Source of the DNA: Cyanophora paradoxa CCMP329
Taxonomy: Eukaryota > Plantae > Glaucophyta
Assembly (NCBI GenBank): GCA_004431415.1
Contig: QPMI01000173.1
Coordinates: 102,949-166,948 of the forward strand
DNA: 64,000 nt
Direction of reading: 5' to 3'
Shown here one piece after another: positions 57,183 to 64,000 of the stretch (positions within the stretch are counted from its first letter, which is position 1; every line of letters begins with the position of its first letter). The translations under genes were made by a program, and so were the position numbers. Under the pieces are notes generated by a model. It was not told the origin of the DNA. It did no database searches and was given only the letters and a program-made list of their open reading frames with translations.

Positions 57183-59965
57183 ATGAGCGTGATTTCGACG
57201 GCATGGCAGAGCTGCCGCGAGAAGGAGAAGGCGCTCGACAAGGCGATGCACACGCGGTACAAGAAGGTGCGGTCGCGTGGTTTGAGCGCTGGGTCGCCGT
57301 CGCCGAATCCTCGAATCCTGGGCGACGCAGCATGAGCGCCGCGTCAAGTACCTCAAGCGCCGGGTCCGCCGCCTGCGCCCCTCTCGCGCTTGTTGTGGGC
57401 GGCGATCGAGCCTGCTCGCAGCTGGAGGACCCGTTCAAGGATCTCGCGGTGCGACGAGCTCGCAGAGGTGGCAGAGCGCGGCTGAGAGCGCGCTGTGCAG
57501 GCTACCGGCCGCAAGTGCAAGATTATCAAGGATTCCGCTCAGCACAAAATGCTCGAGGAGGGCCAGAGTCTCATGCCGTGGAATGGGCACCACGACAATA
57601 TGATCGATCGGTGACTTCGACCCGGCACGCCCCCCCTTGCGCGAGCACCCTCTGAATCACACGCAGCTTCGACGGGCGCGCCCTCCTCGATTTTATTCGA
57701 GAGTACGACGGAAAGGGCCAGTCTGCAGAAATGACGGATGAGCAGCGAGATGAGACGAACTGTCTCAATTTCGAGCGCTACCGCTCGATCGTGGAGGCCG
57801 TTCGGGTCGGCTGTGCGCGTGTCCCTGATTCGTGCTTTGCGGTCCTGCGATCTTTTGCCGACGGGAGCTCGCAGTATCCGAGGAGGAGCACCTCCAGCAG
57901 ATTGAGGAAGACGAGCGCTTCGCCATCGAGCAGGCGAAGTGCGCCGCCCCGCCGCATTGTCTTCCTTCCTTTCCTGTTCCTTAGCGCTTTGCAGCGCCGC
58001 GCATTTACAGCTGCACAACAACCCGGCCTACAAGAAGGAAAAGGATGATATGGCGAACAAGCCGAAGGCGGGGCAGGGCGAGTACAGCAAGGCCGGTTTC
58101 AAGTATGAAGGTCGGGGCGGGCCCTTCCGCTCTTCCGGACGCCGGGCCGCGTTGGGCGATCCGCGCCGGCAGACAACGACCCGGTAGAGAAGGACGACGA
58201 CTCGAGCGACAGCGAAGAGGAGCAGCGTGCGCGCAGCCCGCGAGCGGGCGCCCCGGGCCCGTACCGGGCGCGCACCTTAACGTGCGGCAGCAACGGCGGA
58301 CCTGAACGACCGCGACGCGCGCCGCAAGGCAAACGAAGTGGCGCTGGTCTACGAGGTCGAGGAGTGCGCGGCGCCCACCCGCTCCAGTCGCCGCCGCCGC
58401 CGCCGCCGCGGGGACGAACCGCCGCGCAGCTACGCGTGGATCGAGCGAGAGGAGCGCCGCGTAAAGGAGTACGAGGAGAAGCTCCGCCTCCTGGAGCTCG
58501 AGGTCGAGGGGGTACGCGCTTCCTCGTTCTTCGTCCCTTTCCCTCTTTCCTGCCCTGACGGCGCTCGCGGGGCAGAAACTGATGTCGAAGAGCAAGCGGC
58601 GGAAGCTGCGTGCGATGGGCAAGGGCGAGCGGGAGCGTATGGAGTCGCACCTGCGCAAGCGCCGCGAGGAGGGGCACATCTACCGCCTCCGGCACGCCCG
58701 CCCCGCGCCGCGCCCCTCTGGGCTCACGAGCGCGCAGGTCGCCGGACCGGAGCCGCAGCGCGTCGCCGCACGGTGGGAGGCGGTCGCGCTCGCGCTCGCC
58801 GACGAAACGCCGGAGCCGGAGCCGCAGCCGCTCGCCCCGGGCGGGGCGAGTGGAGTTCATTACCGAGTTCGGGGCCGGCGGGGGCGGGAGCGCCGCGCCC
58901 TCCTTCCCGATGTACGAGGAGCAGGCGGGGGCGGGGGCGGGGGCTGCCGCCGCCGCGAGCAGCAGCAGCAGCGCGCCGCCCGAACGGAAGCGCCGGAGGG
59001 ACGACCGCTCGGACAGCGACGACGAGGACGCGCGCCGGCCGCAGCGCGACGCGCGGGCCGAGCGGCCGTCGGTGCCGGCACCGCGCGTGCCGCTGCTGCT
59101 GAAGAAGGCGGAGGGCGGGGCGGCGCCGGCGCCGAAGAAGCTGACGCCGATGGAGAAGCTCAAGGCGAAGATGCAGGCGCAGCTGAACAAGACGGCGGCG
59201 GCGGACGCGGCGGCCGAGGCGCGGAAGAAGGCGGAGAAGGAGCGGCAGAAGGCGGAGGACGAGGCGGCCCTCGCCGCCCTCCTCCCGGGCTCCCGGTGCG
59301 CCCCCCCGCCCGCGCCGCCCGCTGAGACGGGCGCCTCTCTGACGCGTGCGCGCCGGCGCAGGGCGCCTGCGCCGCGCTCGCCGGTGCGGGACGAGTTCGG
59401 GCGGCTGAAGCGGAGCGCGAGCCGGAGCCGCTCGCGCTCGCCGGGCCTCCCCGACCCCGACGACTGGCGCGAGGGCCTCGCAAATGACAAGGCCCCCGCC
59501 CGCCGCTCCCGCTCCCGCTCCCGCTCCCGCTCCCGCTCCCGCCGCCGCAGCCGCAGCCGCAGCCGCAGCCGTCGGCGGAGCCGCAGCCGGAGCGGCAGCC
59601 GGGGCCGGTCTCGCAGCGCGTCCGTGGACAGCATGGGGCGCAAGCGGAGCGCGAGCCCCGCGGGAGGCAAGCCTCGGGGGCGGGACAGCAAGCGCCGAAG
59701 CCGCAGCCGGAGCGGCAGCGGCAGCCGGAGTCGCAGCCGGCGGGACAGCAGGAGGAGTCGGAGCCGCAGCCGCAGCAGGAGCAGGAGCAGGCGGGACAGC
59801 CGGGGCCGCAGGAGGAGCGCCAGCCGCAGCCGGAGCCGTGACCGCAGCCACCGCCGGAGCCGCAGCAGGAGCCGCAGCCGCGGGCGGGTGCGGGCGCCGC
59901 TCGATCCCGCGACCCCGGGCGGCCCCTCCTCACACGCGCGCGTGCAGCGGTCCCGAAGCAGATAG
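57183..59965 (+). CDS. CLASRP: CLASRP/SFRS16-like SR splicing regulator (DRY_EERY domain + RS tail)
   Basis: Spliced ...AWQSCREKEKAL..LMPWNGHHDNMIDR|FDGRALLDFI..LNFERYRSIV; VEFITEFG; KKLTPMEKLKAKMQAQLNK; long RS repeats. Confidence 0.88.
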
Positions 59966-60243
59966 AGGCCTAGGGGGCGATAGGTCCCGGCCCTGCGGCC
60001 CGCAATCTCAGGTGGGGAGAGCGCTGCCGTCGCCTTATTCGCCCGCCCGACGCACACCGGTCACCGGCCCCCCCCGCGGCACCGCTAACACTCGCCTCGC
60101 GCAGGTGGACCCAAAGCCAGGGCCTTTCTCACACCCCCAGCGCGCGCGCGTGCCCCAGCGCCCCTCCGCTGGGCAGGCAGGGTAGCTATAGCACGTAGCT
60201 GTAGGCGTGTAGAGAAAACGGAGTGGCTAGACTTGCAAGACCA

Positions 60244-61218
60244 CTACTGCTCCTTCGCGTCGGCGCTGCCCGCCGCGCCTTCTGCGGGAGGGGCGCTGGG
60301 CGCCGCCTGCTGGCCTCGCAGGGCAGTCTGCAGGGCGAGGAGGAAGAGGCCGATCGCGGCGGCTCCGAAGACGCCCATGCCCATCGCCATGAGCCCTGCC
60401 GCTGACTCAGCGGCGCGAACGCAGGGAGGGCGCGCCGGCGCGGCGCCGATCGCAAGCCGCACCCACGACGAACGAGCGCAGGGTGCCCGCCATGCGAATG
60501 ACAACGTAGTTGTCGCTGAGGACCGGCCTGCGCGCGAGCAAGCACACGAAGCGACGCGGGTCAGATCGGGCGTTGGGGGCTTTTGGCATTGGGAGCGAGG
60601 CGCACTTGGTGGCAAAGGCCGTCGCGACGGCAGACAGCGCGTAGTAGAATCCAACGGAGATGCCTCCCGCCATAGCGGACCCGGCGAGGGTCTGCGAAGC
60701 CGGCGGGGCCGGGCCGGTGGGCTGCGCAGTCCGCCGGCGCGCGCGCTTCGGGCGCGGCGTGTACGGCTTCATCTCGTCCCGAATCTTCTGATCCTCCGGT
60801 GACAGCTGCAGACGCACCCGCCCCGCCGACTCCTTCTCATCCTCTTCCTTTTTCGACGCTTTCTCCAGCAGAGCGCTCAGCGACTCGACATCGAGCTCCT
60901 CGACGGCGCGCTGGCGCGCGGTCTTGGGCGCTGGCGGCTCCGGGGCGGGCGCTTGCGGCTCCTCCGCCTCGCACGAGATTCGATGTACATGCGCGCTGGG
61001 CCGGGCGCGGGGTGCGCGAGGCGGTGCTGCAGCTCATGCCCGAACCATGTGCTTGTTGCTTTGAATGCGGAGAGCGTGGCGGAGGCCGGGCGCGCACTCG
61101 CGCGCGACCGGACCACCGGAGCCTGGGAGCGCGTCGAAGAGGCTGCAGAGATCGCACTCTGTGCCTGGAGGCTCGACTGCGCCGGGAGGGCGGCCGCTGC
61201 GAATCCGACGGTCGCCAT
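60244..61218 (-). CDS. DUF3082-like plastid membrane protein; one apparent frameshift after the transit peptide
   Basis: TLAGSAMAGGISVGFYYALSAVATAFATK..SDNYVVIRMAGTLRSFVVG|LMAMGMGVFGAAAIGLFLLALQ resembles cyanobacterial/plastid DUF3082; leader MATVGFAAAA...STWFG. Confidence 0.65.
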
Positions 61219-61323
61219 TCGATCGGCAAGATATGGGTTCAGCTCCTCGGGGACCCGGTTTCGAGCGGGAGCGTCGCCGGCTCGAGCCCGTGGCCAGCTG
61301 AGCAGGCTCCCCGCGAGCGCGGG

Positions 61324-62569
61324 ATGTCGCGACCGAACTACAAAGTCGGAGCGGAGACGCCGTCGACAAAAGACGGTATTTCGCACGACGAGGAGCGCCG
61401 CCTGCGGGTCAGCGGGGCCGACTTCATCCAGGAGACCGGCGTGAAGCTGCGCATGTGCGTCTTTCAGCCCGTGCCGCCCGCCCTGCCGCGCTCGCGTCCT
61501 CATCCGAGCCGCGACCCGCCGCAGGCCCCAGTTCGTCATCGCGACGGCGATCTACTTCTTCCATCAGTTCTTTCAGCACAACTCCTTCGCGTGCACTGAG
61601 AGGGAGGCGCGCATACAGCGCGAGCTCGAGCGCCCCGCGGCCGATCTGACGCGCCGCAGACTGTCCCGCTCGCGTGCCTTTACCTGGCATCCAAGTCCGA
61701 GGAGCACTGCAGGAAGCTCAGGGACATCATCAATGTCGCGTACCGCGTGCGCAACCCGGACAAAGCGCCGCTGCGCGTGGGCAAGGTGCAGCGAACCCCG
61801 TGACCCGCGGGCGCCTGTCGTGACGCGGCCGTAGGAGTACTGGGACATGAAGGAGCTCTTGATCGTCACGGAGCAGGCGAGCTGCGCAGTCGCGCGCCCG
61901 CGCCGCGCCTCACGTGGGCCGCAGATGCTCCTGCGCGCTCTCGCGTTCGACATGAGCGTCGACCTGCCCTACAAGTACCTCCTCAACTACCTGAAGTCCC
62001 TCCGCGGTGCGTTGATCGTTCCGCGCCCGCGCGCCGGCGCCGGCGGGCCGCCTTCTGACGAGCGGGCGTCGGCCGCGCAGTCCCGAAGAGCTTCTCGCAG
62101 CTCTGCTGGGCCCTCGTAAACGACAGGTGCAGGCGGCGGCGCGCGCGCTCGTGTGCGGGCGGTGCTGAGGCGAGGGTAGTCTGGGGTCGACGCTGGCGCT
62201 GCAGTACCGGCCGCACGTGCTGGCGGCGGGGGCCATCCACCTCGCCTCCCGCCTCGCCGCGCAGCCGCTCCCCGAGGCCCGCCCGGGCGCCTCCTCGCCT
62301 GGTACGACGCCTTCGACTGCAAGCTCCACTGGCTCGAAGGTCCCCGCTCCCGCCCCCTCCGCGAAAACCGAGCGGCCGACGAGGCGCGCGCGCGGGGGCC
62401 GCGCGCAGACGTCGGGATGCAAATTCTGGACGTGTACGCTCTGCGGGACCTGCCGTCGGGGCCGGGCGCGCCGGCGCCGGCCGCCGAGCCGGCAGAGGGA
62501 GCGGCGGCCCAGGAGATGCCATCGACGTGGGATAGCGCTGGAAGCGGCCGCCGGCAGGCTCGACGTTAG
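61324..62569 (+). CDS. Transcriptional cyclin, cyclin Q (FAM58/cyclin M)-like
   Basis: FIQETGVKLRM..IATAIYFFHQFF..ACLYLASKSEEHCRKLRDIINVAYR..EYWDMKELL..LLRALAFDMSVDLPYKYLLNYLKSL..CWALVNDS. Confidence 0.82.
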
Positions 62570-62749
62570 ATAGGGATCATTTACAGGATCACTACATGAA
62601 ATTGGCAGGTGGAGGGGGACGCGGGGCAGGGACGTTGCAGTGTAGGGGATCCGGAGGCGCGAGGGGCGTGGGGCGGGGTCAGAGGGAGGGAGGGCGGCGA
62701 GCGGGGGACAGAGGGAAATTTGAAGGGTTCGGGAAGGGAAAGGGTCGGG

Positions 62750-64000
62750 TCAGCCGGCGGCGACGCCGTCGACGAGGGAGGCGATGATGCCGTTGGGGCC
62801 GACGGCGGAGGCGCCCGGCGGGTCGATCTCGATGCAGCTCAGGTGCGAGATCTTCTTGTAGTTGACGCAGAGGAGCGGGTTGTCGGGCTCCAGGCGCCGC
62901 GCCCGCTCGAAGTCCTCGGCCGCCTCCTCGTACTTGCCGAGCGACTTGAGCGCGAAGGCGCGGCGGAAGAGGGCGACGGCGCTCTTGGGCTCGGCCTCGA
63001 TGACGGCGGTGAGGTCGCGTATGGCGGCCTCCTGCGAGCCGATGGCCTGGAGCGACTTGGCGCGCTCGTGGATGTAGGGCAGGTGCCCCGCCCGCCGCTG
63101 CACCGCCTGCGAGAAGGCGGGGATCGCCAGCTCGTGGAGGCCCAGGATCGCGTAGGAGAGGCCCATGTGGAAGAACCTGCGCGCCGGCGCCGCTCAGAGG
63201 AGGGCGCGGGGCGGGGGCGGGGGGGCGCAGGGAGCGCGCAGGTCGGCGAGGAGGGAGGGGTGGAGCCCGCGGGCGTCGGCTGCCTTGAAGTCGTCGATGG
63301 CCTTCCGGTGCTTCCCCCGCCGGAAGCGCGCCACGCCCCGGTAGTAGTACAGCCTGCGCCCCGCCCCACGCTCGGGGCCCCGGCGCCGAGCCGGGCGCTC
63401 GAGGCGCGTCGCACTTGGGGTCGTTGGGGCGGGCGGCGAGGGCGGCGGTGAGGTCCTTGCACGCCGGCTTGTACTGCGAGGGGGGTGGCTCGCGTCAGGG
63501 AGAAGGGGGCAAGGCGGGGCGGGGCGGGGCGGGGCGGCGGGCGCCTGCTGGACGTCGAAGAAGCACTGGGCGCGGGCGAAGAGCAGCTCGACGTTGCCCG
63601 CCTCGTACCGCAGCGCCATCGTCTGCCCGCCCGCCCCCGTGAGCGCCGCGCGGCCGGCGGAGGGCGTGCGCCGCGGGCGGCCCGCGCACCAGGTCCTCGA
63701 TGGCCTCCGCGAACTGCGGCGGGGGCCTGAGGGGCGGGGCGAGGGGGGCGGGGCGGGCGGGGACGGGCGGACGTGGCCGAGGGAGCGGCGGGCGAGGGCG
63801 CGGACGTTGTAGATCTGCACGCTCTCCCCTGCGGGCAAAGGCTCGCGCCGGTGGCGGAGAGGGGCGGAGGGGGCGAGCGGGGGGCACCGGAGGCGCCCCC
63901 GAGCTCGATGACCTTGTCGAAGTCAGACTGCGCCTCTTTGAACTTGCCGTCTGCGCCCCCGTCCGTCAGGGCCCAGCCGGGGGGGGGGGGGGGGGGGGGG
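62750..64000 (-). CDS. TPR-repeat protein (C-terminal part; gene continues beyond the window)
   Basis: LYYYRGVARFRRGKHRKAIDDF; ALFRRAFALKSLGKYEEAAEDFERARRLEPDN; LLFARAQCFFDVQQ. Confidence 0.85.

Noticed and set aside
59500-59885. (CGCAGC)n/(CGCTCC)n hexamer arrays
   Set aside because: Coding RS domain of CLASRP.
60980-61040. Frame change between the transit peptide and the mature DUF3082 region (possible programmed frameshift or pseudogene)
   Set aside because: No plausible intron or slippery site; a single-base assembly indel is the simplest explanation and needs read-level checking.

Overview
This is eukaryotic nuclear DNA: very GC-rich, gene-dense and packed with short (~50-100 nt) spliceosomal introns, so most long ORFs in the supplied track are intron read-through or antisense artefacts. 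Three proteins have N-terminal Phe-type plastid transit peptides and one belongs to a cyanobacterial/plastid family (DUF3082). This suggests a primary-plastid alga, most plausibly a glaucophyte such as Cyanophora (inference). About 17 genes can be assembled: a secreted double-LamG protein, a plastid-type PPR protein, a large unknown protein with C-terminal RING fingers, an Eis-like GNAT, ankyrin-RING E3, Elongin B-like, CDC5L, a CEP164-like WW/IQ/4xC2 protein, ZCCHC17, PlsB-type GPAT, a ubiquitin-cytochrome c fusion, CAMSAP (CH+CKK), a shikimate-kinase-like P-loop protein, CLASRP, DUF3082, a cyclin Q-like cyclin and a partial TPR protein. There is also a ~1 kb retroposed insertion with poly(A), a 3' hairpin and a 14-bp TSD. 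The main finding is an intact canonical ubiquitin fused in frame, inside one exon, to a complete mitochondrial-type cytochrome c. Also notable are frequent GC-AG introns, some with complementary C-rich and G-rich ends, and repeated compact head-to-head gene pairs. Exon structures were read by eye; outer coordinates of the less conserved genes are approximate.
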